Shown here: piece by piece, positions 18,836 to 27,459 of the stretch | How positions within the stretch are numbered: position 1 is the first letter of the stretch | How the letters are laid out: the number at the start of each line of letters is the position of its first letter | Virus record (IMG/VR): IMGVR_UViG_3300037470_000328 | Coordinates: 1 to 39,669 of that record | Source: a virus | Taxonomy: Duplodnaviria; Caudoviricetes | Strand: one strand, 5' to 3' | Length of the DNA stretch: 39,669 bases | Translations under genes and position numbers: made by a program | The notes under the pieces: generated by a model | What the model was told of the DNA's origin: nothing | Seen by the model: only the letters and a program-made list of their open reading frames with translations | Databases searched by the model: none

Positions 18836-19378
18836 TCAGCGGTTGCCGAAACGAATGTAGACGTTGCGGTCCTTGATGCGGTCCACGCCTTCTTCGTCGG
18901 CGAGTTCATTTGTGTACTGTGCCCGCAATTCTAGCAGCTTATCCCGGTCTCGCGTCAAACTGACCTCGCCGCCGATGCTGTAGGAGACCAGGTCCAGCTG
19001 CCCTTTGCTGGCGCTGCCCTCCAGCGTCGCTTCGATCGCGTCCAGCATTTTGCGCGCGTGCGATCGGTAATCGGCGGCGCCGCTGGCCGGGTCCGGCAGC
19101 ACCACCAGCCAGCCGTCCTCGACGGTTTTAACTTCGGTCCCCGCCGATGCCCGCGCGAACCACCGGTAGCGGCCGGCCACCAAAGCGGCCGACGCCGCCG
19201 CCGACACGGCGCCCACGTGCGTTGTCCCGGCGGCCGTGGCGACTACGTCGAAATTTTCGTCGGCGTTGGCGAAGTGCCAGGTCAACGACCAAACCCCGGC
19301 CGGATAGTCGGACAGATCGCGCTGCCAGGACCACGAGTCGCCGGCGTTCAACTGCTCAGGTACTTGTTCGGCTACCAT
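18836..19378 (-). CDS. Head-tail adaptor (gpW-like, extended)
   Basis: Between terL and portal; AGDSW.W, YPA..W.L, RSHARKMLDAIEATLEG.A, SYSIGG motifs. Confidence 0.75.
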   Translation of the reverse strand: MVAEQVPEQLNAGDSWSWQRDLSDYPAGVWSLTWHFANADENFDVVATAAGTTHVGAVSAAASAALVAGRYRWFARASAGTEVKTVEDGWLVVLPDPASGAADYRSHARKMLDAIEATLEGSASKGQLDLVSYSIGGEVSLTRDRDKLLELRAQYTNELADEEGVDRIKDRNVYIRFGNR

Positions 19379-21450
19379 TGGTTCACCCAATTCCGCCGCA
19401 CCGGTGCGGCGCGTTTACGTTTCGGCGCCGTCTCAGGTTCGGCGGCCGCCGGCTCGACTTCCCGGTCTTCGATCGGCTTGGCCCATGCGGGCGGACTATT
19501 CCAGTTGATGCGCTCAGCGCCTAGCATAACGCAAGCGGCGCGCGCGTACACGTGCAGGTCGAAGGCTTCGTTCGGTTCGTTCTTTTCCCGCTTCCAGCCC
19601 TTGTCGCTGCGAACCTCCGCGGTTAATTCGTCGAATACTTCCGCCGGCAGCCATGGCGGCAAATGCACATAGCCCGGGCCCGGCTTTTCGCGCGCCAGGT
19701 CACCGGCAATCGCGTCTTTAAATACGTTGGTATTTAGCACCCACACCGGCACGTCGCCGCGTGCCGCCGCCATGCGCGCTGTTCCGCCGCGCGAATCCGG
19801 CCAGGCTTTTTTGACCCGCGGAATATTCACCCGGCCGTCGCCCTTCACCAGCGCAAACCGGCGCCCCAAATTGCGCACCCGGAAGCGCCGCCACGCTTCA
19901 TACGCGCGCTCAGTGACGCCCGCCTTGCCGCCGGAATCGCAAACCGTAACGCGCGGGCTCAACTCAACCGCGGTACCCATTACCGGGTACCGCTTTTCCA
20001 TAACTTCGTCGACCAGGATATCCCAGTCCTCCACATACGCGGCCGGCTCCAGCGCCGCGAACCGCTTGCCCTCCGCGCGCCGGCTGGCGGTAATTGAAAA
20101 CCGGTCCAGCAGCCAAACCTCCAGCCCGACGCCGAACCCGAACACCTGCACCACAAAACGATGCGCCTGAACATCGACCGCGGCCACCAAAAACCGCACC
20201 CCGGCCGGCACCTGTCCTTCGGGCCAGTCCTCCGCTTTTGAACGCTCCATCAGCTGCTCCGCGCTGCGCCGCGCCGCAATCGCCCGCGGCAAATACGGCG
20301 CGCCTTGGTCGGTATTCGTAGTGGCGCGCAATTCGTCCTCGGCGCCGGTGCGCACGTATGCCTGCAACGCTTGTAGATATTTCAACACGACCGCGTCCCA
20401 CCGTTGATACGCGGCCGCCGCCGACCCGAGCCAGTAGCTTGCAATCTGGCTGCGCGGCCGATCGCCGTAAATTCGGCCAAGACGGTCGATGCGTTGGCCA
20501 TCGTGAACCCACTTGCCGCCGCCGTTCATCGCCGGCCGCTGCTCGAGGTCATGTAACACCCCGCAGTCCGGGCAAACCACCCGGCCCAGCTCGGCGGCCA
20601 GGCTCATCAGGTCCTGCGATTGCACCATATCCTCCAGCTGTTCGAACTCCGGCATGGCAAAATTCGCCAGCCCGGGTTTGGCTTCGAACATGAATCCGCA
20701 GCCCTGGCACGGCCAATACCAACGCGCCCGCGTGCCGCGATTGTATAACGCCAAAATGCCCCGCGCCGGCGGCGCTTCGTGCGGGCTCCGCGGCCGCCAA
20801 TGCGCGTCGCTGTAATCTTCGCCCGGGCTCGATTCGGCGAGCACTTTTCCGCGGCTCATGTAGGTCTCGATGCGCTTGGCGCCCAGGTCCCACAGCGGCC
20901 CCTCGCCGTCGACGTCGTCGCGATTGGTCGGCCGGTCATAGTCGGTAAACATGACCACCTTTAGCGTTTTCGAGGACAACTGCGAAACCGCCGGCCAGCC
21001 TAGTTTTAGCATCATGCCGGAACGGAAAAACTTGTCGAACGTGTTGTCGTCGCGGGCCCGCGGCGACATGCGCGCGGCCAGCTCCGGCGAATGCCGAATG
21101 GCGCGGTCCAGATCGGTGCGGGAAAAGTCGCGCGCGGCGTCCTGGCTCATTTGCACCACCAGCATATCGGACGGCATACAGGTCACGACATACGTAATAC
21201 CCCCTAGCACCAGCGCCATTGTTTTCCCGGTGCGCGCCGGGCCGGCAAACACCACGCCCTGATATTCGCGGCCGGCGAGACGGTCCAGCGGTTCGACCAA
21301 ATACGGCGTCAAAACCGGATCCCAGCGCCCCCGATCGGTATTCAAAAACCGCGCGGCCGCCTCGGAAGGCGCGACGCGCCGCGGTGCGCGCACAATGTCG
21401 GCCGTTGCGCGCCGCACCATTCGCGCCGAAGCAAACGGCGCGTCCAGCAT
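19372..21450 (-). CDS. terL: Terminase large subunit, lambda GpA family
   Basis: TPY..EP.D, Walker A GPARTGKT, GKVLAESSP, Zn-binding CxxC pairs, AAVDVQ, DSGG and NEAFDL.VYA motifs. Confidence 0.95.
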   Translation of the reverse strand: MLDAPFASARMVRRATADIVRAPRRVAPSEAAARFLNTDRGRWDPVLTPYLVEPLDRLAGREYQGVVFAGPARTGKTMALVLGGITYVVTCMPSDMLVVQMSQDAARDFSRTDLDRAIRHSPELAARMSPRARDDNTFDKFFRSGMMLKLGWPAVSQLSSKTLKVVMFTDYDRPTNRDDVDGEGPLWDLGAKRIETYMSRGKVLAESSPGEDYSDAHWRPRSPHEAPPARGILALYNRGTRARWYWPCQGCGFMFEAKPGLANFAMPEFEQLEDMVQSQDLMSLAAELGRVVCPDCGVLHDLEQRPAMNGGGKWVHDGQRIDRLGRIYGDRPRSQIASYWLGSAAAAYQRWDAVVLKYLQALQAYVRTGAEDELRATTNTDQGAPYLPRAIAARRSAEQLMERSKAEDWPEGQVPAGVRFLVAAVDVQAHRFVVQVFGFGVGLEVWLLDRFSITASRRAEGKRFAALEPAAYVEDWDILVDEVMEKRYPVMGTAVELSPRVTVCDSGGKAGVTERAYEAWRRFRVRNLGRRFALVKGDGRVNIPRVKKAWPDSRGGTARMAAARGDVPVWVLNTNVFKDAIAGDLAREKPGPGYVHLPPWLPAEVFDELTAEVRSDKGWKREKNEPNEAFDLHVYARAACVMLGAERINWNSPPAWAKPIEDREVEPAAAEPETAPKRKRAAPVRRNWVNQW

Positions 21451-21451
21451 G

Positions 21452-21955
21452 TCAGCCGGCCTCCGCCGCGGCGCCGCTGGCGGCATCGTCATCCTGGCCG
21501 AGCCGCTCGTATAGCGTTTCGCGGGCCCGGTCCAGTGCAGTTTCCACCCGCGCCAGATGCTTGGGCGCCAGGCCACAATCCCGCTCCAGCAAATCCGGTA
21601 GCGTGTCGAATGTTTCCGCCACCACCTTGAGCAATCCGGCCATTTCCTGCTCGACCTCAATGCGCGGTATCAGCTCGCCGCGCTCGGATTCCAGTTTCAG
21701 CTTGTCCAGCTCCGCCTGGTAATGCGCGCGCTTTTGAAACGGCGACAACCGGTCCGGGTTTGAGCTGTCCACCTGGCCCTGGCTTTGGAGGTAGGTAATA
21801 TAGGCGCGCACGCAGCCGGCCAGCGGATATTGACCGCGCGCCGCCTTCGGCACAATGCCTTCGCGCGCCAACTGCTGCAGCCGGCGTTCCGTCATGTTCA
21901 GCAACCGCGCAATAATGCGCGCCGGAAACAGGCCCTGGCCTGGCTGCGCGCTCAT
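21452..21955 (-). CDS. terS: Terminase small subunit (Nu1-like wHTH plus DUF1441-like)
   Basis: IARLLNMTERRLQQLAREG.VP...RG.Y.L and K.....GELIP...TLPD.LERDCGL; immediately upstream of terL. Confidence 0.85.
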   Translation of the reverse strand: MSAQPGQGLFPARIIARLLNMTERRLQQLAREGIVPKAARGQYPLAGCVRAYITYLQSQGQVDSSNPDRLSPFQKRAHYQAELDKLKLESERGELIPRIEVEQEMAGLLKVVAETFDTLPDLLERDCGLAPKHLARVETALDRARETLYERLGQDDDAASGAAAEAG

Positions 21956-23235
21956 GCTTCAGCCGGCGCCGCGGGGGCCGCTTTACGCGATTTTTTGCCG
22001 GGCGCTGCTTTTTTTCGCCGCGTGCCGCCCGCCAACGCTTCGAACGTTTGCCCGGTCGATTCCAGCACCGCCGCGGCGCCGCCGGCGTCGTGCCAGCGGC
22101 GAATAATGACATCGCAGTACAGCGGGTCGAGCTCCATCCCGAAACATTGCCGGCCGGTTTGCTCGCAGGCAATTACCGTGGTTCCCGAGCCGGCGAACGG
22201 GTCGGCAACGGTTTTGCAAAACGACGTATTGGCGAGTAATTGCGCAATCAGGTCGACCGGTTTTTCGGTCGTATGGTTTTTGTTGCCGGTCCGGCTGGCC
22301 TCAATCACATTGCCCTGGCCGGCGCGCTGGTCATCGTATGGCGGCGCCTCGCGGCAGCCCCACAAAATCAGCTCGTGTTGCGGCCGCCAGCCCCAGCCCA
22401 TGCCCGGCGACTTTTTGTTCCAAACGATCATCGATCGCACGCCGTAGCCGCTGCCCTCCGCCACATCGAACAAATGCAACCACATGCGCCAGTCGGTGAA
22501 CGAATACAAAAACGGCGCGCGAAAATTGTCGAAAGCCGCGCGCAACAGCGCAATAAAGCCCCGCGTCGACAGCCGGTCGTTGGCAATCTGTTTATGCGGT
22601 CGGTCGGTACCGACAGAGCCCTCGCGCTTTTGCGCTTCCTGATATCCGCCGGAGCAATACGGCGGGTCCGTCAGGACCAAATCGACGGCGGCGCCGGCCA
22701 GGAGCGCGGCAACGTCGGCCCGCGAGGTTGCGTCGCCGCACATGACCCGATGGCGACCCAGCAGCCACACGTCGCCGACTTGCGTCAGCGCGCTTTTCGC
22801 CACCGCCGGCACGTTGTCGGGGTCGACCATGCCGCCCAAATTGCGCGCCAGCAATTTGTCCAGCTCGGCATCCTCGAAACCGGTAAGCACCAGGTCGGCG
22901 CCGTCGACCCGTAAATCTTCCAATTCGAGCGCCAGCAGGGCCCGTTCCCAGGTGCTGTCCTCATGTGACCGGTTATCCATGAGCCGGTATTGCTTGACTT
23001 GCGTCGGGCTCAGATTTTCCGCCACATGGATTGGCACCACGTCCAGCCCCAGCTGGCGCGCGGCAAGCAGCCGCGTATGGCCGGCAATGATGACCATATC
23101 GGCATCGACCACGATTGGCTGCCGCCAGCCGAATTCGCGCAAGGAAGCCGCCACCTTAGCGACGCCGGCGGCGTTGTCGCGCGGGTTGCGCTGGTAGGGT
23201 TTAACGTGGTCTATCGGTACTTCGCGAATTTTCAC
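21952..23235 (-). CDS. ParB-like N-terminal domain fused to an N4/N6 DNA methyltransferase (beta class)
   Basis: PY.RNPR, FGW.QPIVVD, IIAGHTRL.AA, DNR; then GD.W.LG.HR.MCGD, TDPPY, H.TEKPV.L and DPFAGSGTT. Confidence 0.9.
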   Translation of the reverse strand: MKIREVPIDHVKPYQRNPRDNAAGVAKVAASLREFGWRQPIVVDADMVIIAGHTRLLAARQLGLDVVPIHVAENLSPTQVKQYRLMDNRSHEDSTWERALLALELEDLRVDGADLVLTGFEDAELDKLLARNLGGMVDPDNVPAVAKSALTQVGDVWLLGRHRVMCGDATSRADVAALLAGAAVDLVLTDPPYCSGGYQEAQKREGSVGTDRPHKQIANDRLSTRGFIALLRAAFDNFRAPFLYSFTDWRMWLHLFDVAEGSGYGVRSMIVWNKKSPGMGWGWRPQHELILWGCREAPPYDDQRAGQGNVIEASRTGNKNHTTEKPVDLIAQLLANTSFCKTVADPFAGSGTTVIACEQTGRQCFGMELDPLYCDVIIRRWHDAGGAAAVLESTGQTFEALAGGTRRKKAAPGKKSRKAAPAAPAEA

Positions 23236-23615
23236 GCCGGGTCCTCGATATCGTCCAGCCGGCCCGCGAACATGCGGTCCAGGTCGCCGTCATCCTCCCC
23301 AGGATCCGCCACCGCCGGCCGGTCGGCTTTGCGGCGCAACTCGGCCAAAATTTTTTTCGCCGGCCCCTCCATGCGCGAACAGGCCGCCGAATACCGGTGC
23401 GCGATCGGTATATACGGATTTTCGGCGGGAAATCCGTTCTGCTGTTTGACCAGCAGGCCGTACTGCTCGACCCGCGCCTCCAGGTCTGCCCAACGCGCCT
23501 GGCTCTCGGCGTATCGGCTCAGGGTATCCAAGTCGACCGGATCCAGCAAATCCAGGTCGGCGCCGGCGGTAATATGGGCCAGGTGCGCCCGGCCGGCTTT
23601 CGACAGTTTCTTCAC
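23232..23615 (-). CDS. P27-family small-terminase-like protein
   Basis: L.PVD...L.RY......W......V..YG......NG....NP...I pattern resembles P27/HK97-type TerS. Confidence 0.55.
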   Translation of the reverse strand: MKKLSKAGRAHLAHITAGADLDLLDPVDLDTLSRYAESQARWADLEARVEQYGLLVKQQNGFPAENPYIPIAHRYSAACSRMEGPAKKILAELRRKADRPAVADPGEDDGDLDRMFAGRLDDIEDPA

Positions 23616-24304
23616 GGCAACAAGTCGCGCGCATCAATCGCCGGCAACACCAGCGCGGATTGCGCCGGCAGCGGGCTATCCACCTTGAACAGCGCGTCCC
23701 AATCGCGCCGATTGGCGCCTGGATGCTGAACGAACCCCTCGCCCGGCGATTGCACCGCCCACACTTCGTCGACGATCGCCGCCAAAAACTCGAACATGGC
23801 CGGGTCGTCTGAAATCTCGAAATTTTCAAACCGCGGGTTGTGCGTCAGATTCATAGACGTTCGCACCACCAAACGCCAGGCACCGGCCCGCACCAGCACA
23901 AACTTGGCGTGCGTTACCGTTACCCGGATTGAGTCGTCGCCGAAGCGGTCGCGCATGATCTGGCACACGTCCGGCTTCCGGCGTTCGAAACTGAAATCGA
24001 CCAACATGCGCAGCGACCGCACCCGGCCGGCCTCGAGCCATTGTTTGGCGTGTTCGACGTCGCCGTCAGCCGCCGACCAGGTCGCCACCACCACGTCGGC
24101 GTCGCCGACCTGTTCAATGATCGCGTCGAGTAAATGAATCAATGAAAACTGGCCCTTGGTGAAACCGAAAATTTCGCAGCCTGGCGCCAACAAACCAATG
24201 GCCGCGGCGGCGGATTCGGCACGCAACGCATTGGCCACGCGGCGCCCTGAAATGGTCCGCCGGTGAACGGTCGGCGAAAAAATGCCGTTGATACTTTTAG
24301 CCAA
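23612..24304 (-). CDS. Single-domain phospholipase-D-fold (nuclease-like) protein
   Basis: V.ATWS, HAKFVLV, TSMNLT.NPR.E motifs. TTG start at 24304 follows an AGGA RBS and lies downstream of the predicted cos. Confidence 0.7.
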   Translation of the reverse strand: MAKSINGIFSPTVHRRTISGRRVANALRAESAAAAIGLLAPGCEIFGFTKGQFSLIHLLDAIIEQVGDADVVVATWSAADGDVEHAKQWLEAGRVRSLRMLVDFSFERRKPDVCQIMRDRFGDDSIRVTVTHAKFVLVRAGAWRLVVRTSMNLTHNPRFENFEISDDPAMFEFLAAIVDEVWAVQSPGEGFVQHPGANRRDWDALFKVDSPLPAQSALVLPAIDARDLLP

Positions 24305-24373
24305 TTTTGCGCATTCCTGAAAATAGCCGATTTTGCGAAAACGAAACGAAACCCTAGAGACCCGAAAAAGTGT

Positions 24374-24426
24374 CGAAAACCGCGGGCTTCGCGCGCCGCG
24401 TAGGGGCACCCGGCCAGAAAGGACCC
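24374..24426 (-). other. Lambda-like cos site (cosQ + cosN)
   Basis: GGGTCCT (cosQ, 24426-24420), 23 nt, 12-mer GCGCGCGAAGCC (24396-24385), then CGCGGTTTTCG. Colinear with lambda GGGTCCT-N23-GGGCGGCGACCT-CGCGGGTTTTCG as recalled. Confidence 0.7.
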
Positions 24427-24539
24427 GCGCACCCAGGGCCCGCGCCCCGCCTGGCCCACAGCCCGCTGACCACCGGCCCGCAGGCGCCAGGCACGCCGGC
24501 CTTGGCGCCTGTCCTGCTCTCGGCGCGGTTGAATGCGGT

Positions 24540-25133
24540 TCATCGTGCGCCAGCGCGCTTCATTTCAAGATCCAGCAGCCGCACCAGCTCGCGTTCATAA
24601 ACCGGCGCGCCGAACGCTTGCAGCTGGTCGTGGATGTGCTCCTGCACCATGGTCGACGGAACGCTCGGCAGCCTTAGCTGAACGATTGGTAGGTTCTTCC
24701 GTGCCGTACCCTTGCCGGCGCCCTTGGATGTATGCGTCGACGGATCCAGCCGCACGAACACGCCAACATGCCCGCTCGGCATTTTCTGAATGAACGCGCC
24801 CTCGAATAGCTTGGGCCGTGCTTTGGCCTCGACCTTGACCGACACCCCTTTCTTCGTTTGCCGTTTTACGCCCTTGACCTCAATCAGCGGTATGGACTCA
24901 CCGCGCGCAACAATCATCGCCACCGGCTTGGACGGCGACGCCTTAACTAGCCGCATGTCCCGCCGAGCCCGGCCCACCTGAATGTTGCGCTTATCACTGA
25001 CCAGCCGCGCGGCTTGCGTACGGCAGCGCGTGATTGCCAGGTTAAGCGAACGCGCCACCGCGCGGTCGTTTGCCTTTGGCATATCACGCACAAACCGGCG
25101 CATAGCCCGGTCGTCAAAGGTTACTTTCAACAC
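24540..25133 (-). CDS. Minor tail/tail completion protein Z-like
   Basis: Basic protein; A.ARSLN, GVSVKV, F.GAFI..M.SGH.GVF.R, LPI..L..PSV. Confidence 0.7.
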   Translation of the reverse strand: MLKVTFDDRAMRRFVRDMPKANDRAVARSLNLAITRCRTQAARLVSDKRNIQVGRARRDMRLVKASPSKPVAMIVARGESIPLIEVKGVKRQTKKGVSVKVEAKARPKLFEGAFIQKMPSGHVGVFVRLDPSTHTSKGAGKGTARKNLPIVQLRLPSVPSTMVQEHIHDQLQAFGAPVYERELVRLLDLEMKRAGAR

Positions 25134-25147
25134 ATTGCCACCACCGC

Positions 25148-25253
25148 AAAAAGGTGGCAGCGCACCGGCACAAGGAGTAACGCCCCCCGCCATCCCTGGC
25201 CCGTGCGGACGCGGCTCTCGCCTATCCTTGGACGCTGAGCCGATGCGCCGCCA
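25148..25253 (-). ncRNA. Candidate structured RNA element (15-bp closing helix, internal hairpins, U-tract)
   Basis: TGGCGGCGCATCGGC pairs with GCCGGTGCGCTGCCA, with two G-U wobbles on the minus strand only; followed by CCTTTTT. Confidence 0.45.
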
Positions 25254-25256
25254 TTG

Positions 25257-25943
25257 CTACAGATACACCGACCACCGTTCGCGGTCATAGTCGGCCTGGT
25301 CCGGCACCTTGGCCGGCTTCCCAATCCAGGGTGGCGGGTCGAAATGCGCCGGCCCCCACTTGTCAGAAACGTACAACGGCGTGCGCTCGCCGTTGGCAAT
25401 AAAGGCGGAATTCACGCCCCACGGATTGCCGCCGCCTGGCCCACGCATGGGCAAATAAACACCCCCGGGGCAGGTAATGAAATTCGGCTTTACCAGCAGC
25501 TTTTCCGCCCGATAGCGCGCCAGGCGTTGCCAATAATCGGCGCCGGAACGATCGTCGACGCCCTCCAGAACCAGCGCCGGGTCAAGACCGGGACCGCCCA
25601 GCGGCGTTCGCCCGCCGTTGCGGTACCAGTTGCAGCGGTCACACCAGGCGCGGTATTCATCTTCCGGCACATCGTGATACGCCAGCGGGAAGCCCGGCGC
25701 GCGCACATTCGGGTCCATTGGCGGCGCGCCCCAGCGAATGCCGCTGGCCATAATCACCCCGGCGCCCGACATCCAGCCCTGCCACGGCGTGCGCTCGGGC
25801 ACCAATCCCGCGCTGCCGGTGATCCGCCCATACGCGCGCTTGATGCTGGACGGATAACCGCCGAACAGCTCGGCATATTCGGGAAAAAACTCATATATCC
25901 ACTGGTCGCGGTCGTCGGCGTAAAGTCGTCGAATAAAGCTCAC
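25257..25943 (-). CDS. Hypothetical protein (228 aa, W/P/G/Y-rich)
   Basis: GGAGG RBS; GTGA overlap with the lipoprotein stop; no family recognised. Confidence 0.65.
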   Translation of the reverse strand: MSFIRRLYADDRDQWIYEFFPEYAELFGGYPSSIKRAYGRITGSAGLVPERTPWQGWMSGAGVIMASGIRWGAPPMDPNVRAPGFPLAYHDVPEDEYRAWCDRCNWYRNGGRTPLGGPGLDPALVLEGVDDRSGADYWQRLARYRAEKLLVKPNFITCPGGVYLPMRGPGGGNPWGVNSAFIANGERTPLYVSDKWGPAHFDPPPWIGKPAKVPDQADYDRERWSVYL

Positions 25944-26290
25944 GGTCTGTCCTCCGGTTGCGGTTGCGGTTGCGGTTGCGGCGCCGGCAAATAAACCCCG
26001 AGCGCCTGCTGCACCGCCGCGGCGCCGATTGCCTCCAGCGGACTTGCCGCCCGCGTCGCGCTGGCGGCGCCGAAATTGAACTCGGCAGAATCCACCCCGC
26101 GCGCGTAATGTATCGACGGCTGCTCGAAATCGCGCGACGAAATCACCTTGACCTCGGTGCAGGCGTCGCCGCCGGGCTCGCACCGCTTGACCTCATAAAT
26201 TGTGCAGCCCTGGGTCGCCAACAGCAGCGGCAACAGCAGCGCCAACAGCAGGCCGATATATGAAACGTAGCGTTTTTCTCTCGCGTTCAT
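25940..26290 (-). CDS. Predicted lipoprotein in the lysis cassette (spanin-like candidate)
   Basis: Basic N-terminus, hydrophobic stretch and lipobox-like ATQG-C. Confidence 0.65.
   Translation of the reverse strand: MNAREKRYVSYIGLLLALLLPLLLATQGCTIYEVKRCEPGGDACTEVKVISSRDFEQPSIHYARGVDSAEFNFGAASATRAASPLEAIGAAAVQQALGVYLPAPQPQPQPQPEDRP
25955..25981. repeat. (CGGTTG)x4.5 microsatellite encoding PQPQPQPQP
   Basis: Read directly from the sequence. Confidence 0.9.
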
Positions 26291-26898
26291 TTGCTTGCGT
26301 CCTCTAACGGTTGCGCCAAAATGCGCAGGATTTCGCGCACCAGTATTTGCCGACTGTGCGGCTTAAACGCGCCGCCGTGCCCCCTGGCCACGTCCGACAG
26401 GTCGATCGTATTCTGAAGGCGCGGATCGTCGCCCCGGTAGCCCGCAACGCCCATGGCGCCCCAGGTCGGTATCAGCCAACGCACCAACACGGACAACCGA
26501 ACCGCCCAATCGCTACGCGTAATCACCACCCAGCCGCGTTCCACCGCGGCCGGGATTTTCGCGCGCGTATCCAGCGCCGGATGAATGAGAACAACGCGCA
26601 CGCGCGCACCAGTCAACAGCGCCAACGCCTTAAACAAATAATTCCCGCCGTTGCTGTACGCCACAGCGCACAGCGGCCGGTCGGAAGCCGCCGCAGCCTG
26701 CAATGCGTTGACGATGCGCGCCACCGCTTTGTAACGAAACAGCCGCACGCCCAACAAACCGACCCAGCCATAATCGACGGTCTCGTCCTTTTCGACCACG
26801 TGGCCGGCGGCCTCCAAGTCGGGCGCAATCAGGTCGACATTGTCCGCGCCCGCCGACCGATCTTTAAAGCCGTGAATCAAAATTACATACCAGGACAT
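26287..26898 (-). CDS. Alpha/beta hydrolase (esterase/lipase-like)
   Basis: LIHGF oxyanion motif, AYSNGG nucleophile elbow, D.AV and late GHG motifs. Confidence 0.8.
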   Translation of the reverse strand: MSWYVILIHGFKDRSAGADNVDLIAPDLEAAGHVVEKDETVDYGWVGLLGVRLFRYKAVARIVNALQAAAASDRPLCAVAYSNGGNYLFKALALLTGARVRVVLIHPALDTRAKIPAAVERGWVVITRSDWAVRLSVLVRWLIPTWGAMGVAGYRGDDPRLQNTIDLSDVARGHGGAFKPHSRQILVREILRILAQPLEDASK

Positions 26899-26909
26899 AG
26901 CCGTACCCC

Positions 26910-26939
26910 AAAAGAACCGGCCGGCATGGGCGCCGGCCG
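26910..26939 (-). terminator. Probable intrinsic terminator after the endolysin
   Basis: CGGCCGGC-GCCCAT-GCCGGCCG followed by GTTCTTTT. Confidence 0.55.
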
Positions 26940-26993
26940 TAACTCGTCGAAGGAGTGGACAAAGAACAACGCGCGCCCCAGGCAGCCCACCGG

Positions 26994-27458
26994 TCACGCG
27001 TCCATGTAACGTTGCCACGTTTCAACGTATTCCGCAACCGTGCCGCGCCCGCCTGGCGTGTTGTAATGCTGTTTCCAGTAACGCGCCTGGGCCTCGATAT
27101 CATCCAAAGCCGGCAACGGCGCGGGCACCATGAAATAACGCACCCGCGCCAGCCCGCACGCGTAGGCCAGGTTCCACGCCAACGCCTCGAACAGCGCCAA
27201 ATGCGACAACATGCGCACCCGTTCGGCAAGTTCCGGGCGCCGCAACAGATACCGCCCCTCCAGATCGTCGAACGTGGCGCGCTCCATTTGCCACAGGCCA
27301 ACCGCCGGGCCCCCGCCGTATTGCCGCAGCTTGCGGAAACCGTCGCTCTCCTTTAACGCGGTCCCCAGCAGCAGCTGATCGGCGGCCGGCGTCCATAGGC
27401 GCAACGTTTCCAGCGCCGGCCGAATGACCAGGTCGCGCACGTCGCCAATATCCAGCAC
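26994..27458 (-). CDS. Lysozyme-like endolysin
   Basis: VIRPAL, LLLGTA..ES, RQ.GGGPA.G.WQME..T..D, AR..Y...P..LP and YWK..YNT..G.GT motifs. Confidence 0.8.
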   Translation of the reverse strand: MLDIGDVRDLVIRPALETLRLWTPAADQLLLGTALKESDGFRKLRQYGGGPAVGLWQMERATFDDLEGRYLLRRPELAERVRMLSHLALFEALAWNLAYACGLARVRYFMVPAPLPALDDIEAQARYWKQHYNTPGGRGTVAEYVETWQRYMDA

Positions 27459-27459
27459 G

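Noticed and set aside
15208-18860. Long plus-strand ORFs opposite the capsid and portal genes (also 3113-4486 and 7939-9189)
   Set aside because: Antisense shadows expected in GC-rich coding DNA; no motifs recognised, and they fully overlap well-supported genes.
21451-21660. Terminase large subunit starting at 21660
   Set aside because: This would overlap terS by ~200 bp; the ATG at 21450 follows the terS stop and a GGAGG RBS.
21952-23235. ParB domain as evidence of a plasmid partition system
   Set aside because: It is fused to a methyltransferase, a common phage arrangement near terminases; no ParA or parS array was seen.
24305-24409. N-terminal extension of the PLD ORF to 24409 as in the ORF track
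   Set aside because: It runs through the predicted cos; the TTG at 24304 has an AGGA RBS.
25955-25981. Hexamer microsatellite as a phase-variation switch
   Set aside because: The unit length is a multiple of three, so changes would only alter a PQ linker.
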